Origin: Tubiluchus corallicola
Taxonomy: Eukaryota > Animalia > Priapulida
Assembly (NCBI GenBank): GCA_030141605.1
Contig: JAQGDQ010002369.1
Coordinates: 248,001-312,000 of the forward strand
Reading direction: 5' to 3'
DNA length: 64,000 bases
In this document: positions 20,070-30,565 of the stretch, in pieces
Position numbering within the stretch: position 1 is the stretch's first letter
Layout of the letters: each line of letters starts with the position of its first letter
Position numbers and translations under genes: made by a program
The notes under the pieces: generated by a model
What the model saw: only the letters and a program-made list of their open reading frames with translations
What the model was told of the DNA's origin: nothing
The model's database searches: none

Positions 20070-20369
20070 ATGACAGTTAGACATTCCACCTATCCTAATC
20101 CTATTGGCCTCAACTTTGATTTAGGGGCTGGTAGACAGCCTATAAGCAGAGGTTCTGCTCTTATCCCAACCATTATTACAGGGAGCTGCTTAGCTTTTGC
20201 ATTTTTAGGGCTGTATAGTTCTTGGACCAATAATTTTTGTCCTAATGATGATCAGCAGTGCCAAATAGCTCTCAAAATAGCTCTCAAAATTACAGGGGTG
20301 GCAATTCCGGCATTGGTAGCGGTTATATCTGGGATTTGGGCTCATCGTCATTGGCAGGTCTCCAGTTAA
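20070..20369 (+). CDS. small two-TM (Inc-like) protein
   Basis: bilobed hydrophobic region with FCPNDDQQCQ loop; paralog of next gene. Confidence 0.6.
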   Translation: MTVRHSTYPNPIGLNFDLGAGRQPISRGSALIPTIITGSCLAFAFLGLYSSWTNNFCPNDDQQCQIALKIALKITGVAIPALVAVISGIWAHRHWQVSS

Positions 20370-20539
20370 GAATGCTGTAAAACAGATAAGTTTTATGTCA
20401 AGTTGAGGTATTCTTCTTTTGCTATGAACCTTTATCTATCATGTAATAATAAGTTCATAACTCTCTAGGGCAAGTTAAAAAACCTTTGCTATCTATTTCA
20501 TGCTAAGATAGTTTATTTCGCAAAATTGCGGAGGTTATT

Positions 20540-20869
20540 ATGAGAGCCTACTACGACTATTCCTCTGTAGCTAATAATCCTGGGCCTCCACGTGTTGTTT
20601 ATGTGGCCGATTATCCTCGTGATCCCATTAAAAGGCATCCAGCCCTTGTTCCTTTCCTTATTACTTCAGTATTGGGAGCCGTTGCTCTGATTGGTCTTTT
20701 TTCTAAGGACTGGATGGTAAGTTTTTGCCCTCAAAACAACCAGGAATGTCAAACAATAGTGAAGATAGCATCCATAGCAGTTCCTGCAATAGGCGCATCT
20801 ATTTCTGGGGTTTTTCTTGCTCGAGCTTGTAGAACTACTAATAGTTATGAGTCTCTTTTAAACGGATAA
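20540..20869 (+). CDS. small two-TM (Inc-like) protein
   Basis: FCPQNNQECQ loop between two hydrophobic helices; GGAGG RBS. Confidence 0.6.
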   Translation: MRAYYDYSSVANNPGPPRVVYVADYPRDPIKRHPALVPFLITSVLGAVALIGLFSKDWMVSFCPQNNQECQTIVKIASIAVPAIGASISGVFLARACRTTNSYESLLNG

Positions 20870-20938
20870 ATGTATTTCACTACGTGGACTTAGGTCTTTC
20901 CTTTACGCAATTTTTCTACGTTGCCAGGCAACAAAAGC

Positions 20939-21607
20939 CTAGTAATCGTGACAATGGTTGTGACCGTATTCAGGTGGCACATCAGGAGCATTTAAATAGC
21001 GTTGAGTTGCATAAGTAATACCGGCTATTGTTAGAGCTCCAACGATTCTTGAGTGCTCTCTTGATACTGTTCTGATGCCTTGCCCAACACTTCCAAGCAT
21101 TCTTCCACCGACTTCAACAGCAGTTCCAGCTAATTGAGGAATCGTACTCACTCCATCGAGGGCCATTCCTGTTGCAGTTCCAATGCCGCTGATGATATTC
21201 CTTCCATTATTTACAATCAGGCTCCCGCCGGCTTTAAAGCCTCTTCCTATCCATTTCGCTCCGCCCCATAGTCCACTTCCCGCATATTTGGTCACGGTCC
21301 AGAGAGGTTTTCTCAATAGAACAACTCCTGCAATCCCTCCTGTAGCAAGTGTGGCTTTAGTGCCTCCTATTGCTTGAACAGCTAGAAGTCCAATTGCACC
21401 CGCTTTTACCGGAGTGGGAATCCATTCTTGTTGCTGTGGCTGAGGTACAGGAACATGAATGATTCGAGGTTCAGGAGGTAGGTCAGCCTCTCTTTCAGGA
21501 GGTGGGGCCAAACCTCTAGCTCCTCTGACAACACGCTCGCCGCGTTCGGCTTTCTCAATATCCACATCTGGATATCCATCATCACCATTTGTAATTCTAA
21601 TTGACAT
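20939..21607 (-). CDS. Gly-rich hypothetical protein
   Basis: 222-aa ORF, Pro-rich N-terminus and Gly/Ala-rich helices. Confidence 0.55.
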   Translation of the reverse strand: MSIRITNGDDGYPDVDIEKAERGERVVRGARGLAPPPEREADLPPEPRIIHVPVPQPQQQEWIPTPVKAGAIGLLAVQAIGGTKATLATGGIAGVVLLRKPLWTVTKYAGSGLWGGAKWIGRGFKAGGSLIVNNGRNIISGIGTATGMALDGVSTIPQLAGTAVEVGGRMLGSVGQGIRTVSREHSRIVGALTIAGITYATQRYLNAPDVPPEYGHNHCHDY

Positions 21608-21767
21608 AGTATTGTCTTTGTTAAGAAGATAATGAGGATTATATCGTACTGTTTAGTATATTTTAATTAATAAAAATTAAACTATTGTTAAATTTATATT
21701 ATTAAATAATGAACAACTAATTCAAATAAAGTTTGTTTTCTTGTTTTTCCTATGATAGAGCAGCAGT

Positions 21768-22666
21768 ATGAGGCAGTTAAAACACTATGAGCATCATTGG
21801 GCAGGTTATCTTTGTATGATTCTGTCTTCACTGGCCGGGGCAATTATTCCTACCACGGTCAAGGGGCTTTCTTTCTTTCTTTCTTTCTTTCCACTGTGAT
21901 GATCTATTTCCTAACGAGGCTTTTTTCATCAGTTGGACTCATTTCCCTGATTTTCGAGAAAGGAGTCAGCCTGAAGACTCGCAATTTTTTGCAGATATTC
22001 TGGATGACCTTTTTTTATAATGCTGCGACCGTTTGCTATTTCATAGCTGTAAGCCATATTCCTTTGATGAATGCCTCTCTTCTTTTCAATACGGCCCCGT
22101 TATATATCCCTCTGGTCGCAAACTGGACAATCGGAGAAAAGATTTCTCATAAGATATGGTTTGGAATAGGCATCAGTTTTGTAGGGGTGATGTTCATTTT
22201 GAAACCCGGGATGGAGCTCTTTAATCCCTATGCTCTATTTGCAGTACTTTCGGGCATGTTTATGGCTTGCTGCCAGGTATTAAACAGGAGGCTGACAGCA
22301 AAAGAGCCCGCTTCTCTTCTCGTTACCTATCTTGTTCTCTTTTCCATCTTCTTTTCATTCCTCACTGTCATCTTTTCCGATTGGAAAGGGGATATTTCTC
22401 GGTGGTTGGCTCAGTCTGATCCTTGGATGTGGATTGGAGTTTTGGTTTTAAGCGGACTTGCAAGCTGGACCTTTCAGATTCTAAGAACTCATGCAGTGAG
22501 GTTGACCAAGGTAGGACTGGTAATGCCCTTTTCCTATTTCGGAGTCCTGTTTGTAGCGATTTCCGGCTGGATCTTTTTTAAACAAGTTCCCGATCTCTAT
22601 TCGATCATCGGAGCTTGCATCGTGATCGTGGGATGTATCTTTATTCTCCGCTATCGGAAAACTTAA
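21768..22666 (+). CDS. DMT/EamA transporter, out of frame at (CTTT)6 tract
   Basis: LFNTAPLY, GEKI, ILKPG, PFSYFG; natural N-terminus MRQLKH..AGYLCMILSSL lies in another frame. Confidence 0.8.
21867..21891 (+). repeat. (CTTT)6 simple sequence repeat
   Basis: counted directly from sequence. Confidence 0.9.
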
Positions 22667-23688
22667 AACCCGACGACAAAATTAAGTGTGACATAGAACG
22701 AGTGCCAGTAGGATCGTAAGAAGTTGAGCTGGAAGTCAGAGTCAACTGTTCCAGATACAACGTCAGTTGTATCTGTAAAAACGCGTGTATGACTGTGTTT
22801 CTTTGTTGCGAAGTAGAGATATCCACTGAACAGCTCTGCTTTGATATTGTCAGTAAAGGAATATCGGATTCTTCCTTGGAATCGATGTCCATAACAATTC
22901 TGAACTTTTGCAATCATGTCATGAATATCTATGATAAAGTCTGCAACAAGCGCTCCACCAAAAAAACCCTGAAGAGTAAGAAGTTCGGAATCGACTTCAT
23001 AGAGTCGGAGATTGTGATAATAATAGGCCGCTTCGATCAACCAGTCTTCAGGAGTAAATTCCAGTTGGGCGCCAATAAAGGGACCATACCAGTCTCTTCG
23101 AAATTTTGTCTGATCCAAGGCATTGGATGTGATGACAGGACTAAATCCTGGAGTATTTGTCACAACTGCACTTGGATTTGGAGATCCAGCATGTAATCTC
23201 TGATAATTCCAGCCATAGCCGACTATAGGAATAAGGTACAGAGGATCGCCTATTTCAAAAGGAATGATGTTGATTCGATATCCTAGTTGGCCATAGATAT
23301 CGCAGGCTCTTCCCTTTAGAGGAGCTGTTTGCGTCGATCGAATAAAACCAGTAGGAGGGCCTAAAGGAAAGATCCCGGTAAAGTTCTCTCTTCCTGATTT
23401 ATACCAGGTATAATCTCCTTCGGCATGGATGACGAAATCGTGCAAAATGGTTGTAATAAAGCCATAGATGATCGGTGCTCGGAGTTTTTTGAAAGATTGG
23501 TCAGATCCTTCGGTTGTATGGGGTAGGGGATTGTTTGCAGCATTTGGCTGAAATTGCATATGTCTTTTCATGCTGTCTTGCCGGTATCCCCCGCCTAGAC
23601 CTGCATCAAATGAATAGGTAGGTTCATTGAAAAATGAAAAAGCGATGAGGGGAGCGAGCAGTAATAGAAGACACTTCATGGATTCCAT
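22663..23688 (-). CDS. putative outer-membrane beta-barrel protein
   Basis: signal peptide, GGGYRQD, alternating aromatic strands, terminal Phe. Confidence 0.6.
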   Translation of the reverse strand: MESMKCLLLLLAPLIAFSFFNEPTYSFDAGLGGGYRQDSMKRHMQFQPNAANNPLPHTTEGSDQSFKKLRAPIIYGFITTILHDFVIHAEGDYTWYKSGRENFTGIFPLGPPTGFIRSTQTAPLKGRACDIYGQLGYRINIIPFEIGDPLYLIPIVGYGWNYQRLHAGSPNPSAVVTNTPGFSPVITSNALDQTKFRRDWYGPFIGAQLEFTPEDWLIEAAYYYHNLRLYEVDSELLTLQGFFGGALVADFIIDIHDMIAKVQNCYGHRFQGRIRYSFTDNIKAELFSGYLYFATKKHSHTRVFTDTTDVVSGTVDSDFQLNFLRSYWHSFYVTLNFVVGF

Positions 23689-23730
23689 CCTTTTTTCTTA
23701 AGGTATGAGATGAGAAATAATTTTGCAAAT

Positions 23731-23763
23731 TCTCTGAGATGAGGATAGCCCTCATCTCAGAGA
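23731..23763. terminator. 14-bp perfect hairpin after MOMP-like gene
   Basis: TCTCTGAGATGAGG-ATAGC-CCTCATCTCAGAGA. Confidence 0.65.
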
Positions 23764-23775
23764 TATGAAGATGAA

Positions 23776-24656
23776 TTAGAAATCGAGTCTGGTTTCAACA
23801 GTCAAACCCTGCATTGCCAAATCACGGGCTACGCTGAATACTGTATTGGCGATTCCAGCAGGGAAGGGAAAGGGATGAAGATTCCAGAATTCATTCACTT
23901 CCCAACCAGCTTTCAAGCTGAAGAACATCTTGTCATCCCAAAGGCAGCTGCCCCATTCAAATCCAAGGATGATCTGAAGATGGGGGACCGTTTTCCATCG
24001 GTCATTATCCTTAATGTCTGCAGTAAGAACATCGGGCACATTGTTTTGGAATTGTCGAGCTATTCCAGTAGAATCGAACTTTCCATAGAGAAGGGAAGCG
24101 GCTATGTTTCCAAAAATACGGAATCCATAGGCCATATGCCAAGTTGTCAAGAGACCTCCTCTTGGACCAATTCCCCAATAATCGCTCTTTCCTCGGTAAT
24201 TGCCGGGAACAGATGGATTGGCAAGGGAAGGATCCGGATCATCATAGTCAGCTCTAAACTTCTTATGGATCCAAATATTTTTAAGCCTGAACGTCCCATC
24301 CATCATTAGGTGTATTCCATCCAATGCCAATTCGAACCCCTGGGTCCCAAGAGTTATCCATGCGAATAACTTCTCCAACCTCAAATGTGACTGGGTCGGT
24401 ATTTTGGAAAGAAAAACCTAAGTTATCTTCCTCACTAGCTGTCCACCACAAAAAATCAGCAAAGAATAAAAAGCCATCATTGCCAGGACATCCTCTTGCT
24501 GAAGGAGTAATGGGTCTTGGCCGTGGTGGTGGTGGCCTATGAGGATCGTCTCTCCAATGTGGTTTTTTTTCTGGAGGACGATTCATGCCGATTCCCCCTT
24601 CATTTGCCTGGAGGACAAATGCTGGGATCAAAAAGAGAAGTAATAATTTTTTTCAT
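23776..24656 (-). pseudogene. MOMP-like (Lpg1974-type) porin, frameshifted and apparently internally deleted
   Basis: MKKLLLLFLIPAFVLQA restored by removing one A from A7 run; ADFLWW, WDPGVRIGIG, DGWDV; then WGIGPRGG..LAMQGLTVETRLDF in another frame. Confidence 0.7.
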
Positions 24657-24718
24657 ATGTTACCTAAAAGCTAATCCTTTTGTTTTCTTCATAAAAACCT
24701 AGCCTAATTTTTTCAAGT

Positions 24719-25504
24719 TTATACGCAATCAAGTCTCTTTTTAAGCATGCGAATCGCATGGGATGCACAGGCAAAGATGAAAATCCAAAGTGCAATCATG
24801 CAAATCCAAAAAGGAATGTATCCACTTTGACCTAATGTTGCCGCGCGCATTCCTTCCATAACGTACACAACCGGATTGATCAGTGTAATCCAGCTAATCA
24901 TCGGTGAGTAATCGTAAAGAGAGTGCCAGGAATAAAAATAAGCCCCGAACATGAAAATGGGGTTAATTACGCGTAGGAACAAACTTCCCAGGTTATTGAT
25001 TCCTCTTAGAATACTTGCCAGCCAAAGAGAGAAAAACCCATAAAACAGGTGAGCTGTAATAAACATCGGAATCAACCGAATGTAGGAAAACTCAGTCAAA
25101 TGCAGACGCGTAAATAAAAAGAGTTTTCCTGCAGGGAATAAAAGGATTGCAATCAAAGAAGATGTCAAAGCCCATTTGATTCCAATATAACAAAACAAAC
25201 CTTCTGAAGTTATTGGCATGGTCAAATTGTATGTAATTGTCTGTTCTCCTTCGAGATCCAACAGCATCTCACTGACTTTGCCTATTACTTCAAAGAGTCC
25301 GAAAATAGCAATGGCGCCTATTACAAGAAAGGGGCCGTAACTTTTTCCTAAGCCCATCTCTGGCATGAAATAGGCAAAAACTATGGCGTTCGTAAAAAGA
25401 AGGAAGCAGGTTTCGAGATATTTTTTCACATATTCTCGTCGTAGGGTGAGAAGATCTCTCTTCAACAACTGACCAATGACACTGAAAGAATCTTTAGTCA
25501 ACAT
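24719..25504 (-). CDS. ABC-2 type permease
   Basis: about 6 TM, INPVVYVMEGMRA. Confidence 0.85.
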   Translation of the reverse strand: MLTKDSFSVIGQLLKRDLLTLRREYVKKYLETCFLLFTNAIVFAYFMPEMGLGKSYGPFLVIGAIAIFGLFEVIGKVSEMLLDLEGEQTITYNLTMPITSEGLFCYIGIKWALTSSLIAILLFPAGKLFLFTRLHLTEFSYIRLIPMFITAHLFYGFFSLWLASILRGINNLGSLFLRVINPIFMFGAYFYSWHSLYDYSPMISWITLINPVVYVMEGMRAATLGQSGYIPFWICMIALWIFIFACASHAIRMLKKRLDCV

Positions 25505-26285
25505 TTTCACTCTCCTTCGATGTTCCCGATTTAAAGATTTCTGCTTCGGGGTCATCAACAAATTTTAAGAATACTTCCTCAAGATTGTTTTTCTTATGAT
25601 GTCTCTTGAGGTTGTCAGGGGTGTCGACCGTTCGGATCACTCCGTCGTGGATCAGACAAACCCGGTCGGAAAGCACTTCTGCTTCATCGAGATAGTGCGT
25701 TGTCAAAAGGACTGTCGTTCCTTCTTTTCTCAGATTGGAAATCAAATCCCAGATTTGACGGCGGACATGAGGATCCAGTCCTACCGTTGGCTCATCCAGG
25801 ATGACCAGTCTGGGGTTGTGCATTAGAGTTCGAGCGATCAAAAATCTTTGCCGGTAGCCACCAGACAGATGGGGAGCAAGCGACTCTGCGTAAGATTTTA
25901 GACCAAACTGCTCTAAAAGCAGTTCTTTTCTCTCTATGGCTTCTTTCTTCGTCAGCCCGTAACAGCGTGCTGAAAAAAGAAGGGTTTCTTCCACGGACAA
26001 AGTCTTATCGAGGTTGGGATTTTGGGGGCAAAATCCGATGGTTTTTCGATAAGGGATCAATTGCTGGTAGATAGAAGTATCATTCCATAGAACATCTCCT
26101 TCGGTCGGAGGATGCAGAGAGGCAAGGATGGAGGAAAGGGTTGTTTTCCCTGCTCCATTCACTCCCAACAGGCCGATGACTTCTCCTTTGTAAAGCTCGA
26201 AAGAAACATTTTTTAAAGCTTCCTTTATGGGCTTTTTCTTTTGATAATACGTCTTGGAGACGTTTTGAATACGGATAAAACTCAT
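25494..26285 (-). CDS. ABC transporter ATP-binding protein
   Basis: GVNGAGKTT, LSGG, ILDEPTVGLDP, LTTHYLDEAE. Confidence 0.92.
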   Translation of the reverse strand: MSFIRIQNVSKTYYQKKKPIKEALKNVSFELYKGEVIGLLGVNGAGKTTLSSILASLHPPTEGDVLWNDTSIYQQLIPYRKTIGFCPQNPNLDKTLSVEETLLFSARCYGLTKKEAIERKELLLEQFGLKSYAESLAPHLSGGYRQRFLIARTLMHNPRLVILDEPTVGLDPHVRRQIWDLISNLRKEGTTVLLTTHYLDEAEVLSDRVCLIHDGVIRTVDTPDNLKRHHKKNNLEEVFLKFVDDPEAEIFKSGTSKESENVD

Positions 26286-26535
26286 TGAATTTACCGATGA
26301 TAAAAAATGTAAAAAAGATAAAAAAAATATACAAGCAGTCGATCAGGAAAGTTCCTGACTAGAAAGAAAAAACCGAGGATTTTCGGTTATTGGGGAGCGA
26401 TTGTTTTCATAGCACTGCAATTGATGTAAAGAATAGCTCCCTTATAAAGAAACTTTGATTTTATCACAAGCAGTTCTTCTTGTTTTTTTTCGGTGGATTC
26501 TTAAATTCTTTCCCCATTTTACAAAAAAGGTGTTC

Positions 26536-26973
26536 ATGTCTGTAAGTTCAGAAAGTTCTATATTAGACAGTCAGTTTAGCATTTGTAGTCGGCGTGCCGA
26601 CTCCTTTAACCTAAGAATTTGCATAGCAGGCCTTGGGGTGCTTGGAGAAATATGCATTCGGTCTCAAAAGATTGATGAAATTTACAAACGTGTTTCGGAA
26701 GATATTGAGAACCTTGCTGAGTATCTAGACTATTCTGCTTTCGGTCTTGAAGACGGAAGAGAAATACTTTCCTTTGAAGCTAATGAGGATTCGGAATGTG
26801 ATTTGCTATTTTGCCCAGGGGATCTATGGAACAGGTTTAGTGAGAAAACTTCATGTATTCTATTGGCATATCCTCTGTCAGACAAGCAAGTTGTCATTCA
26901 GCTATTTTCAAAAGAAACGACATGCGGTCCTGACTTAGAGGGTGTTCTAGAAGTGGAGGATGATTATTCCTGA
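26536..26973 (+). CDS. hypothetical protein
   Basis: open frame with AAGGTG before ATG. Confidence 0.5.
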   Translation: MSVSSESSILDSQFSICSRRADSFNLRICIAGLGVLGEICIRSQKIDEIYKRVSEDIENLAEYLDYSAFGLEDGREILSFEANEDSECDLLFCPGDLWNRFSEKTSCILLAYPLSDKQVVIQLFSKETTCGPDLEGVLEVEDDYS

Positions 26974-27438
26974 TAGAGGGCCGGAGCTATTTTTTTTACG
27001 CATACTCAATAGGATAAAAATAGCTAAAGGTATCAGAATATCCGACCATAGAGTCGGGCCTGTGTTTCCATAGCTGATAATGCCCTCGTCAATATAGCTT
27101 GTGATATGTCCGAGAGCTGCCAGCCATAGAAACAATCCATACCCAACACCGGTTGCCGTTCTCCAATGTCCTCCGATCCAGATACTGGCAATTGCCAATA
27201 CAGCAAAGGTGATGTTTGCCATTCCAACTTCTTGGAGGAAAGGAGTATTGTGCCAGCCGACATATTGAGCGATATATTCAGAATGGAAAATCTGCAGGTA
27301 TCCGGCAATGAGTCCCTGAACGCCTGCACCAATGACTAAATAGTAGATCAGGAACAGTTCGATTTTTTCACTCCGCTTCATCTTCTTAACGCTGACATGG
27401 ATCCATCCCAATAGTAGGGGAAGGAAAAGGTACAGCAC
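26947..27438 (-). CDS. four-TM membrane protein (DUF6790-like)
   Basis: GW..TPFLQEVGMAN, GNTGPTLWSDI. Confidence 0.6.
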   Translation of the reverse strand: MLYLFLPLLLGWIHVSVKKMKRSEKIELFLIYYLVIGAGVQGLIAGYLQIFHSEYIAQYVGWHNTPFLQEVGMANITFAVLAIASIWIGGHWRTATGVGYGLFLWLAALGHITSYIDEGIISYGNTGPTLWSDILIPLAIFILLSMRKKNSSGPLSGIIILHF

Positions 27439-27539
27439 ATGAAGGATAAAACCGCCGGTATTGAACTGTTCTTGAGGAATGGAAAAACTCCTTTTTACTT
27501 TTTTTAAACCAATCTAATTTTTTTTTTCAAAGGTTGGGT

Positions 27540-28721
27540 TTACAAATGGGATGCGTGTTTTTGCAGCCAGGGACGACTCAGGAGACCAAAGCCGACTATG
27601 AAGAAAAGGATGAGGGTGAAGGGCCAAAGGGCATTGAGGTTGATATTGGTCAATATAAGGAACATAACTCCTGCCATCCCAACACCGAAGATGGGAATGA
27701 ATGCGGAGATAATTCCAGCCTGTTGACGAAACTGGGTGAGAAGCCCTGAGTTTGCTGAAGGTTGAATCAGACCCGTCGATAGAGCGATGAATATGAGGGG
27801 AATGATGTAAGAGGCTGGTGTAGGTTTGAAAAAGGGCATTATTACTGAAGCTGCGAGTCCTAATATTCCAATGAGGTAGGCGAAACGAAGCGTTCCTGTC
27901 GCATTATACTTTTTGATGAAGAATCTGCCGAAATAATAGGCGATGACATTGGGAACGGCTGTAAAGAGCGCCAGGAATGTATAGTACTTTTCCGAGATCC
28001 CAAAATGTTCATAATACCAGAAAGGAATAGCCATGTAGTAGCCGATCATAAGACCTACATAGAGGCAGAATCCTAAGATATAGGACCAAAAAGCAGGGGG
28101 GCTCAATACGTCAAAATAAGATCTCAAAAGGCGGGGAAAAGAAAATTTCTGGTCCAAAATAGGCTTTGTTTCTTCAAGGAAAAAATAGGTAAGGACCCAG
28201 TATGCGATGACAAGAACCAGAAAGAAACCGAAGATCCATCGCCAACTTGATAGAATAATGATGTACTGTCCGATTGTCGGAGAAACAAAGGGATTCGCAC
28301 TGTAAATAATCCCAAAAAAGACGGTTACCTGTGCAATTTCATGTTTCCCCAGCTTGTCTGCCATCAATACGCGGCAAAGAGTAGATCCGCCGCCCAATCC
28401 TAATGCTTCAATGATCCGTCCAATGATGAACACGGTGACATTTGGTGAGATCATCGATACGAATGTTCCTATGCATCCTATTCCCAAAGAGGCGAGGATC
28501 ATATGCCTTCGATGATGGTATTTGGATATAGCGCCATAGATCAATTGAACGAATGAAAAGGTGAGGAGATAGATCGTACCGGCAATTTTAAGGTAAATGG
28601 CTTCTGTATGGAATTTGTACTGAAGGATAGGAAGAGCGGGAGCAGAAAGCTTCACGCTCATCCAGGAAATTCCTACGAATAAAAACCCAAGGAGTACGAT
28701 TCGTCTTTTTGAAGATTCCAT
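27540..28721 (-). CDS. MFS drug:H+ antiporter (Bcr/CflA-like)
   Basis: PALP, QLIYGAIS, GRIIEALG, SWRWIF. Confidence 0.8.
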   Translation of the reverse strand: MESSKRRIVLLGFLFVGISWMSVKLSAPALPILQYKFHTEAIYLKIAGTIYLLTFSFVQLIYGAISKYHHRRHMILASLGIGCIGTFVSMISPNVTVFIIGRIIEALGLGGGSTLCRVLMADKLGKHEIAQVTVFFGIIYSANPFVSPTIGQYIIILSSWRWIFGFFLVLVIAYWVLTYFFLEETKPILDQKFSFPRLLRSYFDVLSPPAFWSYILGFCLYVGLMIGYYMAIPFWYYEHFGISEKYYTFLALFTAVPNVIAYYFGRFFIKKYNATGTLRFAYLIGILGLAASVIMPFFKPTPASYIIPLIFIALSTGLIQPSANSGLLTQFRQQAGIISAFIPIFGVGMAGVMFLILTNINLNALWPFTLILFFIVGFGLLSRPWLQKHASHL

Positions 28722-28722
28722 T

Positions 28723-28817
28723 TATACCTAAATAACTTCAAGAACCGGTTTTCGGCTCTCCCAAGTCCCGAAAGCTTTTGCGTCGGCCAAAATCGATTCT
28801 TGAAGTTGTTTAGTATA
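28723..28817. repeat. imperfect palindromic intergenic element
   Basis: TATACCTAAATAACTTCAAGAACCGGTTTTCGGC ... GCCAAAATCGATTCTTGAAGTTGTTTAGTATA. Confidence 0.8.
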
Positions 28818-28819
28818 CC

Positions 28820-29233
28820 TTAATAGGCACCGTTTATCGGGTAGAACATTTCCTCATGAAATCCATAATATGTGAGATAGATTCCCACGATGAAAATGAT
28901 GATCAGAACAACCCAATATCCTGAGCCTTTCATCACACTTGATGCCATGTTTTTTGCGGTTTCAGGAAATCCGATCCGAATGATCCCCTTAATGAGGCTC
29001 AAATAGGCGATGATCGTAATAACAACACGCCAATCTGGCTCCCATATCGGATGAGCGATGGCTATGGCAAGACCGAACATCAAACTTATTACACCGGACA
29101 CAACGATAATTCCGGGGTTTTCGAATACATGTTTCATCACTCTTTTCATTTCCGCTCTTCTGAAAAACCAGATTAGTCCGATAATCAAAAGATAAATGCC
29201 CATAAATTTAGCGAGAAAAATCGACAGTTCCAT
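28820..29233 (-). CDS. small four-TM membrane protein
   Basis: LSIFLAKFMG, HPIWEPDWRVVITII. Confidence 0.65.
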   Translation of the reverse strand: MELSIFLAKFMGIYLLIIGLIWFFRRAEMKRVMKHVFENPGIIVVSGVISLMFGLAIAIAHPIWEPDWRVVITIIAYLSLIKGIIRIGFPETAKNMASSVMKGSGYWVVLIIIFIVGIYLTYYGFHEEMFYPINGAY

Positions 29234-29409
29234 AGTTTTCCTATAGGTTCTTCATCTGAAGTGAAACTTTTTTTTTAAATTAGATCAAGTAGTAAATCTT
29301 AGGGTGTTTTGATTTAGTGGTATAAATCGAAAATAACTACAATTAATCTTGAGTTATTGGAATAAATTCAAATTATTCGTTACAACTTTAATTAAATTAA
29401 GGTTGTTTA

Positions 29410-30231
29410 ATGTCAGCTGTAGGAGATGCACGCTCCTCTTCGAATCATTCTAAGAAGGAATCTGTAGAAAAAACACCCCCCATTCCCAAGACTGTTTTAA
29501 AGGCTATTTCAGATCAAATGGCCCGTTTGAAAGGGGCCACTATTCATCTGGGTGCAGGATCTGCTTTTTCACGGATCAAATTCCAACAACCTATGAGTTC
29601 GGGGTTGAATTTACGTTTTCTTTGAATTCTCTCGTTGAAAATCTGTTAGAGGGCGATGGTGTTGTCGACTTGTTGGATCTGGGCTGCGGAAATGGTTTGA
29701 TTCTTTCAAAGCTGATGGAGCGTTTTCCGGAACGTTTCCGATGCGTTGGCTTTGATATTAAAACTCCAATATTCCTGAGACTCACTTTGTAAGAGAGGGG
29801 ATATTCATGATCCTGTGGGATTAACTGGGTATCGGTTCGATTTGATTGTATCTAAAGGAACGTTCCGCCACTCAATCGATCCAAAATCAGCGCTGGTCCA
29901 AGCGTATGATCGATTGAAACCGGGGGGATTTCTGATTGTCGATCAAGTCATGTTGCCCGGTATGGCCGGATACGAAAAAAGTTTTGTGGATGCGTTGAAT
30001 AAGGCAGGTTTTCTAACCATTGTTGAATTTGCAGCAGGAGGAGTCTTTAATACATTCATCATTCAGAAAACCCATGATCATCTTGAATTGCCTTTGAAGT
30101 ATCATTTAGATAGCCTACTTTCCTTTGGATTTGCCAGATACCAACCCAATAATCTGGAGAAGCCTGCAGAAAAGTTAGCTCCTGAAGATGCCAAAGCTTT
30201 GCTTTCTAAAATCTTTGGAATCAAAGTTTAA
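29410..30231 (+). pseudogene. class I SAM-dependent methyltransferase, two frameshifts
   Basis: middle frame reads LLDLGCGNG; third frame RFDLIVS..HSIDP..LKPGG. Confidence 0.7.
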
Positions 30232-30476
30232 GATGATTCTACAGGAATGGATAAAGTAGCAGTTTTACTGACCCGAATGTTTAAATAAGGGGCGCTATAA
30301 CTGACACTATATCCATTTGAAAGCCTCTCTTGTATAGAATCGATGGAGATTCCCTCAAGAAATTCGCTCCTGATTCTTTCGACTATTTCCAGTTCATCAG
30401 CTGAAAAAAAGTCCTCCATTTTCATTGGAGTGTACGGTTGGGGATCTTCCCTTCTTGCAATAGCTATATCTGACAT
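30228..30476 (-). CDS. hypothetical protein
   Basis: 82-aa ORF with GAAGGA RBS. Confidence 0.45.
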   Translation of the reverse strand: MSDIAIARREDPQPYTPMKMEDFFSADELEIVERIRSEFLEGISIDSIQERLSNGYSVSYSAPYLNIRVSKTATLSIPVESS

Positions 30477-30565
30477 TTTCCTTCCCAGAATTTTAACGGA
30501 TGAATTTTACCATTTCTTTTGTTTTAAAAGAACTTTTGATAGAAAAATGAGAAAAGGAGAATTTC

